From NCBI GenBank assembly GCA_039683575.1, contig JBDKRC010000323.1, positions 21,920-85,919 of the forward strand: a stretch of DNA of 64,000 nt. Reading direction: 5' to 3'. Source of the DNA: Armatimonadia bacterium. GTDB taxonomy: Bacteria > Armatimonadota > Zipacnadia > Zipacnadales > UBA11051. The translations under genes and the position numbers were made by a program. A model generated the notes under the pieces. The model was not told the origin of the DNA, searched no databases, and worked only from the letters and a program-made list of their open reading frames with translations. Positions 29,230 through 39,322 of this stretch are shown here, piece after piece (within the stretch, counting starts at the first letter, position 1; each line of letters starts with the position of its first letter).

Positions 29230-30540
29230 ATGGCCGCCATGAGCAAGCGGGCGGCGCAGCTCGTCTCCAAGCTACGCGCTAAAAGCTCGACGTCGCGTGA
29301 TGAAGTCGTTGCCCAACTCGTGGAACTTGGCTCCGAAGCCGTTCCACCGCTCCTGCGTGCGCTCGCGCACAAGGATTACAAGGTTCGCATTGCCGCCGCC
29401 GAAGCCCTCGGCAAACTCCGCGATCCTGAAGCCATCACCGCTCTTATCGAAGCCCTCAGCGACTCCAGCAAGAACGTGCAGGAGGCTGCCGCCGAAGCGC
29501 TCACGCGCGTTGGCGATGCCGCCGCGCCTGCCCTACTGGACGCCCTGATCGGCAAGGACCAGGCGGCGCGCAAGTGGGCCGCAGAGGCCCTCGGCAACCT
29601 CGGCGACGAGTCCGTCGCCATGCAACTGATCGCCCGCCTCAATGACCCCAATGTCGAGGTGCAGCGGGCCGCAGTGACAGCCCTGGGCGGTCTGAAGAGC
29701 AAGCGCGCCATCGAGCCGTTGATAGACGTACTGGCGTCCGAGAACGTCGAGTTGGCCCGCGCGGCCGCCGAGGCTCTCGGCAAGATCAAGGGCACTATCG
29801 CGATCGAGCCCCTCACCACCGCGCTCTCCTCACCAAGCGTGGACGTGCGCGCTGCCGCGGCCTCATCGCTGGCCCGCGTCGGCAAGCGTGCCGTGCCTCA
29901 TCTCCTCAAGACCATCCACCACGAGGACTACATCGTCCGCCGCTGGATCGTCGAGATCCTGGGTGAGATCGGCGCTGAAGACGCCCGCGACGCCCTCATT
30001 GAAGCCCTCTCCGACCCCAACGAGCGCGTGGTGCACTACGCCGCCATCGCCCTCGGCCGGATCGGCAAGCCCTCCGTCATCCCGCACCTAGTGGCCCTTT
30101 TGGATCACGAGAAGGAAGACGTGCGCTGCGCCGCTGTGCAGGGCCTTTCGAGTATCGGCACCTACCAGGTGGTTCAGCACCTCTCGCAGATGCTCAAGGA
30201 CCCTGACTGGGTAACACGCCTCACCGCGGCGCGGGGGTTGGGACAGGTCGGCACCCGCACCTGCGTGGAGCCGCTGGTCAAGGCCCTCAAGGACCCGGAG
30301 TGGAGCGTGCGCCGTCACGCGGCGGCTTCCCTCGGAGAAGTGGGCATCAAGAAGGGCGCTGCCGAGCCCCTTATCAAGGCGCTCGACGACCCCAAGCCGA
30401 CGGTTGTACTCGCGGCTGCGCTCTCGCTGGGGCAGCTGAAAGCCACGGAAGCGATTCCGCGGCTCCAGAAGCTGCTCAAGCACGATGACGACAAAGTGAA
30501 GCTGATGGCCCAGGAGATCCTGGATATGCTCGGGGAGTAG
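29230..30540 (+). CDS. HEAT-repeat (PBS-lyase-like) protein
   Basis: Many VRxAAAEALG-type repeats. Confidence 0.9.
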   Translation: MAAMSKRAAQLVSKLRAKSSTSRDEVVAQLVELGSEAVPPLLRALAHKDYKVRIAAAEALGKLRDPEAITALIEALSDSSKNVQEAAAEALTRVGDAAAPALLDALIGKDQAARKWAAEALGNLGDESVAMQLIARLNDPNVEVQRAAVTALGGLKSKRAIEPLIDVLASENVELARAAAEALGKIKGTIAIEPLTTALSSPSVDVRAAAASSLARVGKRAVPHLLKTIHHEDYIVRRWIVEILGEIGAEDARDALIEALSDPNERVVHYAAIALGRIGKPSVIPHLVALLDHEKEDVRCAAVQGLSSIGTYQVVQHLSQMLKDPDWVTRLTAARGLGQVGTRTCVEPLVKALKDPEWSVRRHAAASLGEVGIKKGAAEPLIKALDDPKPTVVLAAALSLGQLKATEAIPRLQKLLKHDDDKVKLMAQEILDMLGE

Positions 30541-30567
30541 TCGCGGAGTCAACCGGGAAGAACTAAC

Positions 30568-30600
30568 AGGAGCGGCCCCCGTGGGCCGCTCCTTGTGTTT
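30568..30600. terminator. Hairpin terminator between convergent genes
   Basis: AGGAGCGGCCC-CCGT-GGGCCGCTCCT followed by TGTGTTT. Confidence 0.7.
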
Positions 30601-30601
30601 C

Positions 30602-31402
30602 CTATCCCCAGATTTCGCTAAGCCACTCACCGCACAGATCAATCCACGAAGCCACATGCGGCTGCTCCGGCGCCAGGCCGAGCCCGTGCCTGCCCGAGCC
30701 GTACACATGCAGCTCAAAGGGCACCTTGTGCGCCGCGCATGCCTGCGCGAACAGCAGGCTGTTCTGGACGGGCACGCCCGGATCATCAGCCGTATGCCAC
30801 AGGAAGGTCGGCGGCGTGCTGCTGTTGACCTGCAGTTCGTTGCTCAGGTTCTCCAGCAGGTCCGCCGGGGGGGTCTCACCCAACAGGTTGATGAATGATC
30901 CCTGGTGGGCATTGGGCCCTGAACTGACGACGGGGTAGCAGAGAATGGCCGCGTCAGGCCGGCAACTGAACCGCGAGAGCGCGTCATCCCCCTCGATCCC
31001 TTCATCCCAGTGAGTAGCCGCAGTCGACGCCAGATGCCCTCCGGCGGAGAAGCCCAGTATCCCCACCTGCGCCGGATTCACGCCCAAGGCCTCAGCATTG
31101 GCCCGCACCCAGCGCACGGCGCGCTGGGCGTCCATCAGCGGGTACGGGTGCCGGTACGGCGACACGCGGTAGTCGCATACACACCCTGCGAAGCCGCGCT
31201 CGTTGAGGGCCTCGGCGATCGGCGCGCCCTCATGCGGCGCCCGGTGCGAGTATCCCCCGCCCGGCAGAACCACGACGCAGCCAACTGGCTCGCGGGTCTC
31301 AATGGGGAAGGGAGTGATGGTCGGCGCAAAGACGGGGTCGGCGCTGTCGAGGCCGGGTGCCCCCTCCGTCCAAAGCAGTTGCGGCTCACCACGGTTAATC
31401 AT
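30602..31402 (-). CDS. Alpha/beta hydrolase (acetyl-esterase-like)
   Basis: PGGGY, GFSAGGHLA, HTADDPGV, GRHGLGL. Confidence 0.9.
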   Translation of the reverse strand: MINRGEPQLLWTEGAPGLDSADPVFAPTITPFPIETREPVGCVVVLPGGGYSHRAPHEGAPIAEALNERGFAGCVCDYRVSPYRHPYPLMDAQRAVRWVRANAEALGVNPAQVGILGFSAGGHLASTAATHWDEGIEGDDALSRFSCRPDAAILCYPVVSSGPNAHQGSFINLLGETPPADLLENLSNELQVNSSTPPTFLWHTADDPGVPVQNSLLFAQACAAHKVPFELHVYGSGRHGLGLAPEQPHVASWIDLCGEWLSEIWG

Positions 31403-31592
31403 TGCGAATCTCCTCGTTATCCTTAGACTGTGTCACAGGCGTCTGCGGCACATGTCCACAACTATCCTTAAACGCGCAGCCGATGCACATGTCCTCCTGG
31501 CAGGCGGTCTTCCCGCGCCAGGCTCGCGTCAGGTTCCGCACCACATACCACGCCGCCACCAGCACGATAATCCCAATGATGACCTGTTCCAT
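31395..31592 (-). CDS. FeoB-associated Cys-rich small membrane protein
   Basis: TM followed by C...CIGCAFKDSC; directly downstream of feoB; GGAGGTG SD. Confidence 0.75.
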   Translation of the reverse strand: MEQVIIGIIVLVAAWYVVRNLTRAWRGKTACQEDMCIGCAFKDSCGHVPQTPVTQSKDNEEIRND

Positions 31593-31613
31593 CCCGCACC
31601 TCCTCAGAGCTCT

Positions 31614-33848
31614 CTACGCTCCGAGCCCCAGCAGCATCCCCGTCTGGTATACCACAAACCCGACCACCCACGCCAGCGCGCACGTGTAGCCCACCGAGAA
31701 CAGCGTCCACTTCCACGAGCACGTCTCCTTGTAGATCGCTGCCACTGTAGACACGCACGGGATATAGATCAGTACAAATACCATGAGTGTAAAGGCCACC
31801 AGCGGATTGAGCCCCGGATCGGCCCGCAGGGCGCTGCGTAGCTCCTGCGACTTCTCGTCCGTGCCCTCCAGGCTGTAGATCGTGCCGAAGGTCGAGACGA
31901 TGATCTCCTTCGCCGCCAACCCCGCAAACAGCCCTGTGGCGACCTTGTAATCAAACCCCAGCGGCTTCATGGCCGGCTCCAGCGTCTTCCCCAGCCGCCC
32001 CGCGTAGCTGTGCAAGATCGCCCGCTCCGCATTTTGCCCGGCTGTCAGGGCCGGATCAGCCGGCAACCTTGGATAGCTGAGCAGGAACCACATCACCACC
32101 GACATCGCCAGGATCGTCGTGCCCGCCTTGCGCACATACAGCCACCCCCGCTCCCACATGTGGATGAGCGTCCCCTTCAGCGTTGGAAAGCGGTACGGGG
32201 GCAGCTCCATCACAAACGGCGTCGGCGGGCCGGGGAAGAGGTACCTGCTGAACAGCTTGGCCATCAGCAGCGCCAGAAACACCCCCAGCGCATAGATCGC
32301 GAAGATGACCTTCCCCGCCGCCTGCGGCGAGAAGAACGCCCCGGTGAGCAGGATGTACACCGGCAGGCGCGCCCCGCAACTCATCAGCGGCACCACCAGA
32401 ATGGTCACCAGCCGCTCGCGGGGGCTCTCCAGCGTCCGCGTCGCCAGGACCGCCGGAACGCTGCACCCAAACCCGATCAGCATCGAAATGAAGCTCTTGC
32501 CATGCAGCCCCACCTGGTGCATGACGCGATCCACCACAAACGCCGCCCGTGACATGTACCCGCTGTCCTCAAAGAGCGAGATAGCGACGAACAGCAGCAG
32601 AATATTCGGCAAGAACACCAGCACCCCACCAACACCGCCGACCACACCGTCAGCGATCAGCGACTGCAACTGCCCCGGCGGCAGGTATGCTGTCGCGGTC
32701 GCATGAAGCCAGTTGAAGAAGATCTCAAGCCCCAGCATGAGCGGGTTGCCGAGGCGGAAGACCCCCTCAAACATCACCCACATCAGGAAGAAGAAGATCG
32801 GCAGGCCAAACACGCGGTTAGCCAGCACCGTGTCCACCCGCTCCGACCAGTCCCGACGGTCCTGCGCAACGCTCGTGACCGCCTCGCGGCAGGCCCCGCT
32901 GACGAACCCGTAGCGCCGGTCCGCCAGCGCAATCTCCGGGTCGTCGCCGAAAACCTCCGCAATATGCGCCCGGGCCGCGTCCGTCATGCGCAGCAGCGCC
33001 TCGCCCTCCGCCCCCAGCCGCTCGACTCGCTGCCGCACCTGGCTGTCGTCCTCAAGAAGCTTGATCGCCGTCCACCGCGCCGGCAGTTCAGATAGCGAGA
33101 TATCGGCCAGCGCCAGGTCCGCATGCATACCTCGCGGCTTGAGGGCCTCACGTTCGTGGCCCCGTCCGGGCCCATGGTGCCGCCGCTGCCGCCCCCGACC
33201 CAGGTGCAGCGGCCCCCGCTGTACCTCAGCCGCTCCCCCCTCCGGCTCCGCTCGCAAGCGTTGTGCCTCTATGGCCGCGGTAAGCTCCTCAATATGCTGC
33301 TCCAGCTCCGGCCCGTAGTTGATCCGGATCTGCCGTGGCCGCCCCTCCTCCGCCGCCGCCAGCACCGCGTCAAGCAGCTTCTCCGCCCCATGCCCCCGGC
33401 GCGCCACAACCGGCACCACCGGCAGCCCGAACAGCTCTGACAGGAGCTCCACGTTGATCTGCTTGCCCTTGGTCTCCGCCACGTCCATCATGTTCAGCGC
33501 CAGTACCACCGGCACGTCCAGCTCCAGGAACATGCTGGCCAGATACAGGTTGCGCTCGAGGTTCGACGCGTCCACCACATCCACCACGACGTCCGGCTTG
33601 TCATGGAGGATGAAGTTGCGGGCCACGACCTCCTCAAGCGAATAGGCCGTCAGACTGTACGTTCCCGGCAGATCAACAAAGTGCAGCCGGTGCCCGGCAT
33701 ACTCCCGGTCCCCCTCCTTCTTCTCCACCGTCACGCCCGGGTAGTTGCCGACATGCTGATGCGAACCAGTCAGCTCATTGAAGAGCGTGGTCTTCCCCGA
33801 ATTTGGATTGCCCGCCAGGGCTACAACAATCGTCTTTGGCATATCCAT
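31614..33848 (-). CDS. feoB: Ferrous iron transporter B
   Basis: GNPNSGKT, GNYPGVTVEKK, DLPGTYSL, NMMD, GFGCSVPA, FVMELPPYR. Confidence 0.95.
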   Translation of the reverse strand: MDMPKTIVVALAGNPNSGKTTLFNELTGSHQHVGNYPGVTVEKKEGDREYAGHRLHFVDLPGTYSLTAYSLEEVVARNFILHDKPDVVVDVVDASNLERNLYLASMFLELDVPVVLALNMMDVAETKGKQINVELLSELFGLPVVPVVARRGHGAEKLLDAVLAAAEEGRPRQIRINYGPELEQHIEELTAAIEAQRLRAEPEGGAAEVQRGPLHLGRGRQRRHHGPGRGHEREALKPRGMHADLALADISLSELPARWTAIKLLEDDSQVRQRVERLGAEGEALLRMTDAARAHIAEVFGDDPEIALADRRYGFVSGACREAVTSVAQDRRDWSERVDTVLANRVFGLPIFFFLMWVMFEGVFRLGNPLMLGLEIFFNWLHATATAYLPPGQLQSLIADGVVGGVGGVLVFLPNILLLFVAISLFEDSGYMSRAAFVVDRVMHQVGLHGKSFISMLIGFGCSVPAVLATRTLESPRERLVTILVVPLMSCGARLPVYILLTGAFFSPQAAGKVIFAIYALGVFLALLMAKLFSRYLFPGPPTPFVMELPPYRFPTLKGTLIHMWERGWLYVRKAGTTILAMSVVMWFLLSYPRLPADPALTAGQNAERAILHSYAGRLGKTLEPAMKPLGFDYKVATGLFAGLAAKEIIVSTFGTIYSLEGTDEKSQELRSALRADPGLNPLVAFTLMVFVLIYIPCVSTVAAIYKETCSWKWTLFSVGYTCALAWVVGFVVYQTGMLLGLGA

Positions 33849-33865
33849 TATTGTCTATGGTAGTC

Positions 33866-33893
33866 TGTCATTCTGAGCGAAGCGAAGAATCTC
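33866..33893. repeat. Repeat family C arm between dtxR-feoA and feoB
   Basis: TGTCATTCTGAGCGAAGCGAAGAATCTC. Confidence 0.8.
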
Positions 33894-33913
33894 CGCCAAC
33901 CACGCGCAAGCAG

Positions 33914-34963
33914 CTACTCCTCCCGCCTCACGGAAATATCCTGCGCAATTACCGACGCCAAGTGCACCTCATTCCCCTCCACACTCATCGCCACCGTGTT
34001 CGGCTCCGCCGACTTCCGCACTTCCAGCCGCGCGCCCGCCTGCAGTCCCATCCCCAGCAGCCGCCGCTTCCGGCCAGCCGTCCCCTGTACCTCGACGACG
34101 GTCACGCTCGCGCCGGGTTCGACATCCACCAGCGCCTGCTGCAAAATCACCACCTCGATCTCCGCCGCCTCCTCCCGCCGGAGGGTCAGGTGGTACTCCA
34201 TTACCGTGACTTCCATGGGATCGCCCAGCGGCGCCAGCCGCTCAACCTTCACCTCCGCCCCCGGTCGCAGCCCCATGTCGAGCAAGCGCCGCCGAATCGC
34301 CCCCTGCCCGCAGACCTTCAAAATCCGTGACACCGTCCCCGGCGCCGCGTGGTCAAGGCTCGTCCGGGGCCGCGTATCCGCCGGCTCTGCCTCCTCCACC
34401 TCACATTCCTCCGCCTCCGCCTGTGCCGGCGCGCTCACAGCCACGGGTGCCGCCACCGCTACCACCGGGGCCGCAACTACCGCCGGCGCGGCGACCTCCC
34501 CCGGCTTTTCCTCCACGGGCGCCTTCTGCAGATACCGCAGCCACTGCTCGCGGATGTTCTCGTCTGTCTGCATGAACTGCGTCAAAGCCACCAGCCGCTC
34601 CAGCGCCTCGGCGCTCAGCGCGTGCTCCAGCCCGCACGCCTCCACCTCGGCCCGCTCCGCCTCGATCATCATGATCCGCTGCAAAAAGCCCACGATCGCC
34701 TGGTGTCGCTGGTAAACCTGCCGCGCCAGATGCTCTCCCTCAGGCGTGAGCGTGATGTAGCCATACGACTCGTGGTTCACAAGCTCACGTGCCTTGAGGG
34801 CCTTCAGCGCCCCGCTGACGCTCGGCATCTTCACCTTGAGCCGCTGCGCAATATCGCGCACCCGCGCCACCTGATGCTCAAGCTGCATCTGGTAGATGGC
34901 CTCAAGATAGTCCTGCATGTGGGTGGAAAGATCAGCGGAAGCGAGGTCAGGCATGGGAGGCAC
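33914..34963 (-). CDS. DtxR/MntR-family metal-dependent repressor fused to two FeoA domains
   Basis: DYLEAIY...RVRDIA...PSVS...EACGLEH; then RRRLLDMGLRPG...APLGDP and KRRLLGMGLQAG. Start is GTG 34963 or ATG 34954. Confidence 0.88.
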   Translation of the reverse strand: MPPMPDLASADLSTHMQDYLEAIYQMQLEHQVARVRDIAQRLKVKMPSVSGALKALKARELVNHESYGYITLTPEGEHLARQVYQRHQAIVGFLQRIMMIEAERAEVEACGLEHALSAEALERLVALTQFMQTDENIREQWLRYLQKAPVEEKPGEVAAPAVVAAPVVAVAAPVAVSAPAQAEAEECEVEEAEPADTRPRTSLDHAAPGTVSRILKVCGQGAIRRRLLDMGLRPGAEVKVERLAPLGDPMEVTVMEYHLTLRREEAAEIEVVILQQALVDVEPGASVTVVEVQGTAGRKRRLLGMGLQAGARLEVRKSAEPNTVAMSVEGNEVHLASVIAQDISVRREE

Positions 34964-34973
34964 CCCAAAAAAT

Positions 34974-35025
34974 GTTAGGTCCTACTAACTACCGCCAATC
35001 TACCACAGCCCAGCCGCCTTGTCAA
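34974..35025 (-). promoter_or_regulatory. feo operon promoter with putative DtxR-type operator
   Basis: TTGACA-17 nt-TAGATT (extended TG); downstream palindrome GTTAG-GTCCTA-CTAAC at 34974-34989. Confidence 0.7.
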
Positions 35026-35078
35026 CTGGACCAGCTCTGGGGGTGTAACGTGCTGTTGTCGCTATCCGTGTCGTCGGA

Positions 35079-35167
35079 CTGTAGGGCGGGGGCTCCGTAC
35101 CCCGCCGCGTGTGGCGATAGGTAATCGTAAATGACGGCAGGCGGGGTACGGAGCCCCCGCCCTACAG
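35079..35167. repeat. REPIN-like element family A
   Basis: CTGTAGGGCGGGGGCTCCGTACCCCGCC...GGCGGGGTACGGAGCCCCCGCCCTACAG. Confidence 0.9.
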
Positions 35168-35417
35168 TGGGGAGTCACACCCAGTTCTGGACCGAATCAT
35201 CCTACAGTCGCCCGAAATGGGGACGGAGCCTTCGCGCGCCACCTGCCCTGGCCAGAACCGTCTGCTCAGACTTCGCGCGAAGGCTCCGTCCCCATTCCGG
35301 CCGCCTAACTTCTGTCTGCCCGGACGCCTCCGCCCCTTGCAGCAACCCGCCCCTCCGGTGTATTCTGCCCCCTGGGACGCCCCCCGCATCACCTGTTATT
35401 GAAAGACGAGACCCACC

Positions 35418-36179
35418 GTGCAATTCACCTTTGACTGTCATGTCCACACCACCCGGTCCGCCTGTGGCGAAAACATCACCGATGAGTGGCTCAGCGAGCA
35501 GGCTCTGAACGGCTTCAGCTTCGCCGTCACCGACCACTCCATGCACATGTACTACGAGCCCGAGATCGCCTGGGCCTTGCTCCGCGAGGACAGCGTCGAG
35601 CTCTTCGCCGAGCGCGTCGCAAAGGGCCGCGACAACACCCTCCGCTACATCGAGGACATCCGAGGCTGCAACCGCGACCACATGCACGTCGGCGTGGAGC
35701 TTGACGTCATGTACAACGGCCAGATCATGCTCGCCGACGACCTTCGCGACCAGTTGGACATCATCGTCGGCGGAGTCCACTTCCTCCCGACTATCGCCCA
35801 CGAGGCTCCCCTGCCGGAGATCATCGACCAGTTCCAGGCGGAGACCCTTTGGCTCCTCGAATACGGCGTTGATGTCCTCGCCCACCCCTTCCGCATCCTC
35901 AGGGGCAAGGACTTGCCGGTGGATGACGACCTCGTGCACTGGACCGTTGAGCAAGCCCAAAAGTACGGTGCCGCCCTTGAGATCAACTCCCACAAGATCA
36001 TCCGCGAGCATGACGTGCTGATGACCAAACTCGCTCTCGAGCGCGACCTCAAGCTCGCCATCGGCACCGACGCCCACAACACTCGCGAATTCGGCGGCTT
36101 CACCTACCACCAGGAGATCCTGCAAGCCGCAGGCGTCCAGCCCGACCAGCTCAACTCAGTGCTCTTCACCCTGAACTAA
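35418..36179 (+). CDS. PHP-domain phosphoesterase
   Basis: DCHVHT, VTDH, GVE, LAHP, EIN, GTDAH. Confidence 0.85.
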   Translation: MQFTFDCHVHTTRSACGENITDEWLSEQALNGFSFAVTDHSMHMYYEPEIAWALLREDSVELFAERVAKGRDNTLRYIEDIRGCNRDHMHVGVELDVMYNGQIMLADDLRDQLDIIVGGVHFLPTIAHEAPLPEIIDQFQAETLWLLEYGVDVLAHPFRILRGKDLPVDDDLVHWTVEQAQKYGAALEINSHKIIREHDVLMTKLALERDLKLAIGTDAHNTREFGGFTYHQEILQAAGVQPDQLNSVLFTLN

Positions 36180-36187
36180 CACCTTTC

Positions 36188-36265
36188 CGCGTGGCAGGCA
36201 TGCTCCGCATGCCGGAACATGTGAATGACTAGTGATTCCGGCATGCGGAGCATGCCTACCACGCG
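36188..36265. repeat. REP family B inverted pair (GGCATGC-TCC-GCATGCC); further copies 42625-42655, 49523-49575, 51990-52025, 59577-59640
   Basis: CGCGTGGCAGGCATGCTCCGCATGCCGGAA and its reverse complement. Confidence 0.9.
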
Positions 36266-36366
36266 AACAAGAGGTCTGCCGTGGTGCGCCGCTAACAATG
36301 CCTGTAGGAGCGGTCACCAAGCGGACGCTGCGTCCGCACCGCGATCCGCTCCAACGAGGTGCCACC

Positions 36367-39252
36367 ATGCTTCGTTTCACCATCCCTCCCCTTCTCCTCC
36401 TGACCCTCACTCTCGCCCACGCCGCCCCTGAGCGGGTCCGGGGCAGCGACACTTGGGCCGTCTACCCCACTGCCTCCGCTGACGACTGGCACTCCCTTCT
36501 CACCACCCAGAGCCTCGCCGCAGGTAAGCCGGTGGACCTGCGCCCTCAGCCCTCCTACGCGCCGCCCTCCGACCCCGATGATTTCAAGCAACTCACCGAC
36601 GGGCAGCTAGCCGCCAGCCCCAGCAACATCATCAGCGACAAGCGCTCCGTCGGCTGGTCCTATACGCCCTACGTCCGCCTTACCGTGGACCTCGGCTCCC
36701 TCCAACCCGTCGGCCAGGTCCTCCTCCGCGTGCAGGTCCTCAGCAAAGACAACACGCTGCCCAGCCAGATCACCCTCTCGCTCAGCGAAACCGGCGACTA
36801 CTTCACCCCCGTCCGCCGTATCAGCGAGAAGGTCCATCCCGACGATAACCCCGCGCTCACCTTCGAACCCCTTCCCGCCGACAAACCCGGCGTCTACGTT
36901 ATCGCCCTCCAGGCCGGCTACGGGGCCCGCTACGTCCGCCTCGACCTCGCCACCCACGGCCACTTCGTCACCGACGAACTCGCGGTCCTGGCTGGTCAGG
37001 GCAATCTCCAAAAGCTCCCACCCCCGCCGCAAGGCCGCCGCGACTGGGAAGACAACGTCTTTGACCGCCGCGACCAGTTCGCGAAACTCATCGCCCCCGG
37101 CAACCTCGCCGCTGGCCTCACCCTCCGCTACGCGCCCCAGCCCGGCTACCGGCTTACGACCGACGAAGCCGACCCCACCGACCTAACCGACAGCCAGTTC
37201 GGCGAGCGTACGGATGAGAAGATCTGGTTCGAAAAGCGTGCCGTCTGCTGGCAGTCCAGCCCCCTCGTGACCATCTTCGCCGATCTTGGCCAGGTTCAAC
37301 CCGTTGGCTCCGTCGTCGCCCGCTTCCTCGGCGGCGGCGAGCAGGGCGGCCTGACCTTCCCCGACGAGCTTCGCGTGCTGCTGAGCACCGACGGCAAGGA
37401 GTACTACCAGGTCACCACCCGCCACAAGCGCGGCCTCGACGATCTTTCGGCCGACGCCTACGATCTCCCCGAGGAGAAGCTGGCCTGGGTCCACAACTTC
37501 GCCCTGCCCGTCGGCTATCGCGCCCGCTATGTCGCCGTGCAGGCCGTCCACCAAAAGCAATTCATCTGCAGCGATGAAATTGCCATCGTCAAGGGCACAG
37601 ACAACCTCCCCGACTTCACCCCCGCCGCGGGCAAGCGCGTCAGCATCGTCACCAGCGGCGTCGCCTTCGAGCCGGTCTGGGGCGATATCCTGCCCGTAGC
37701 CACCATGCCGCTGCGCACCAAGCTCGCCATCACCGACGCCCGCACCGGCAAGGCCTACATGGGCCCCTGCACCCTCGTCCTTGATCTGCCCGAGACCCTC
37801 AAGCTGGCCGCGCCCGCCCCGCAGTCCTCCACCGTGGACCACAACGGCCGTGCCTTCCAGCGCTACCGGATAGACACCAACCGCCACCGGCTCGAGTTCT
37901 ACCTCCAAAGCCTTCTGCCGCACGGCAAGACCGACACCCTCTACACCTACGGCGACAGTGGCCAGGGCCTCGAGAACGAGCGTCAGGTCAAGTGGCAATC
38001 GCTCGTCATTCCCGCCGCCCGCGTCCCCAAGCGCCTCCACGTCAGCCTCGCCTGGAGCGGCGCCGAGGGCCTCGTCAACGATTGGCCCGACTATTTCAGT
38101 GCCATGAAGCACCTCGGCTTCAACGCCATCGCCACCTTCCCGCGCTACTGGAAAGAGTCCGACGTACCAAAGCATCAGGCCACCCTCCAGGCTGGCCGCG
38201 ACCTCGGCTTCCGGGTCATCGTCAACGAGTCGCCAGCCGGTGCCCTGGAGGGCTTCCGCAACCAACCCGAGACCAAGTCGCAACTCCCCGACGGCCCCGG
38301 TACGCACGTCTGCCCGTCCTACCGTGGCCAGTACTACCAGGCCGAGCACCAGGCCATGGCCCAACACGCCGTCTGGGCCAAACCCGACTACCTCTTCTAC
38401 GACATCGAAGCCTACTGGTCCGGCGCCATACAGGATGCCCCCCGCTGCAGCCGCTGCGTCGCCCGCTACCAGCAGGGCGGCTACAAGGACTGGGACGCCT
38501 TCCGCGAAGCCATGGGCCTTGAGATCCACCAGAACCTCAAGAGCGCCGTCGATCAAGCTCTCGCCCAGGCTAGCCTCAAGCAGAGCATCACCTACGGCAG
38601 CTACCGCACCGAGCCCATCACGCAGCTTAACGACGGCCTGTTCAGCTTCCTGAAGCTCTATCCCGACCTCCTGCAAGTCGGCATGCCCAGCCTCTACGTC
38701 GCGGGCAACGCCCAGGCCGTCGCCACTAGCATCAGCCGCAACCGCGCGCTGCTCGACAAGAACGACCTCATCCCCTGGCTCAGCACCGGCACCTACGGTG
38801 AATACGAGCCCTCCCACACCCGTGACATGATCCTGGAAGCCTTCGCCAACGGCGCCCGCGGCATCACGTACTACTGCTATGGAGACTTCGATCCGGCCCA
38901 CTTCATGTACCACGCCCAGGCAGTGGACCTCGTCGCCCCCATTGAGGATATCTTCATGGACGGCAAGCCCCTGACCGGCCTCAAGTCCAGCAACGAGAAA
39001 GTGAAAGTCTGTGGGATGGGAATAGGTGGGGAACTGGCCGTCCTCGTCTCGAACTACTCCAACCTCCCGCCCGACACCACCGTCAGAATCAGCATACCCT
39101 TAGCCGCGAAAACCGCCGTGTATGACATGGACTCCGGCCAGAGGGTCGCCGACCTGACCCCCGGCAAGCCGCTTGAAATCCGCCTCGGCGACCGCTCGAC
39201 AACCTTGCTCTACCTCGGCACCAAGTACGCCAAGTCGGTAGCCCGCGACTAA
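36367..39252 (+). CDS. Large secreted protein with two discoidin/F5-8-like repeats and a C-terminal GH-like domain
   Basis: Signal peptide; internal repeat PQPxY...DxxxLTD...(V/A)DLGxxQPVG...YxARYV; YDIE-containing barrel-like C-half. Confidence 0.6.
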   Translation: MLRFTIPPLLLLTLTLAHAAPERVRGSDTWAVYPTASADDWHSLLTTQSLAAGKPVDLRPQPSYAPPSDPDDFKQLTDGQLAASPSNIISDKRSVGWSYTPYVRLTVDLGSLQPVGQVLLRVQVLSKDNTLPSQITLSLSETGDYFTPVRRISEKVHPDDNPALTFEPLPADKPGVYVIALQAGYGARYVRLDLATHGHFVTDELAVLAGQGNLQKLPPPPQGRRDWEDNVFDRRDQFAKLIAPGNLAAGLTLRYAPQPGYRLTTDEADPTDLTDSQFGERTDEKIWFEKRAVCWQSSPLVTIFADLGQVQPVGSVVARFLGGGEQGGLTFPDELRVLLSTDGKEYYQVTTRHKRGLDDLSADAYDLPEEKLAWVHNFALPVGYRARYVAVQAVHQKQFICSDEIAIVKGTDNLPDFTPAAGKRVSIVTSGVAFEPVWGDILPVATMPLRTKLAITDARTGKAYMGPCTLVLDLPETLKLAAPAPQSSTVDHNGRAFQRYRIDTNRHRLEFYLQSLLPHGKTDTLYTYGDSGQGLENERQVKWQSLVIPAARVPKRLHVSLAWSGAEGLVNDWPDYFSAMKHLGFNAIATFPRYWKESDVPKHQATLQAGRDLGFRVIVNESPAGALEGFRNQPETKSQLPDGPGTHVCPSYRGQYYQAEHQAMAQHAVWAKPDYLFYDIEAYWSGAIQDAPRCSRCVARYQQGGYKDWDAFREAMGLEIHQNLKSAVDQALAQASLKQSITYGSYRTEPITQLNDGLFSFLKLYPDLLQVGMPSLYVAGNAQAVATSISRNRALLDKNDLIPWLSTGTYGEYEPSHTRDMILEAFANGARGITYYCYGDFDPAHFMYHAQAVDLVAPIEDIFMDGKPLTGLKSSNEKVKVCGMGIGGELAVLVSNYSNLPPDTTVRISIPLAAKTAVYDMDSGQRVADLTPGKPLEIRLGDRSTTLLYLGTKYAKSVARD

Positions 39253-39260
39253 CAATCACA

Positions 39261-39298
39261 CATCCTGAGCATCCTTGCCTTTATCCTGTACATCCTGT
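39261..39298. repeat. ACAGGAT-type repeat (family F), inverted relative to 41200-41237
   Basis: 38 nt with 2 mismatches to the reverse complement of 41200-41237. Confidence 0.8.
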
Positions 39299-39322
39299 AG
39301 AGAGCCTCCCTCGGAGACCACC

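Noticed and set aside
36232-36366. N-terminal extensions in the ORF track (also at 51993, 49521, 23844)
   Set aside because: Translations of REP repeats; better starts with SDs lie downstream
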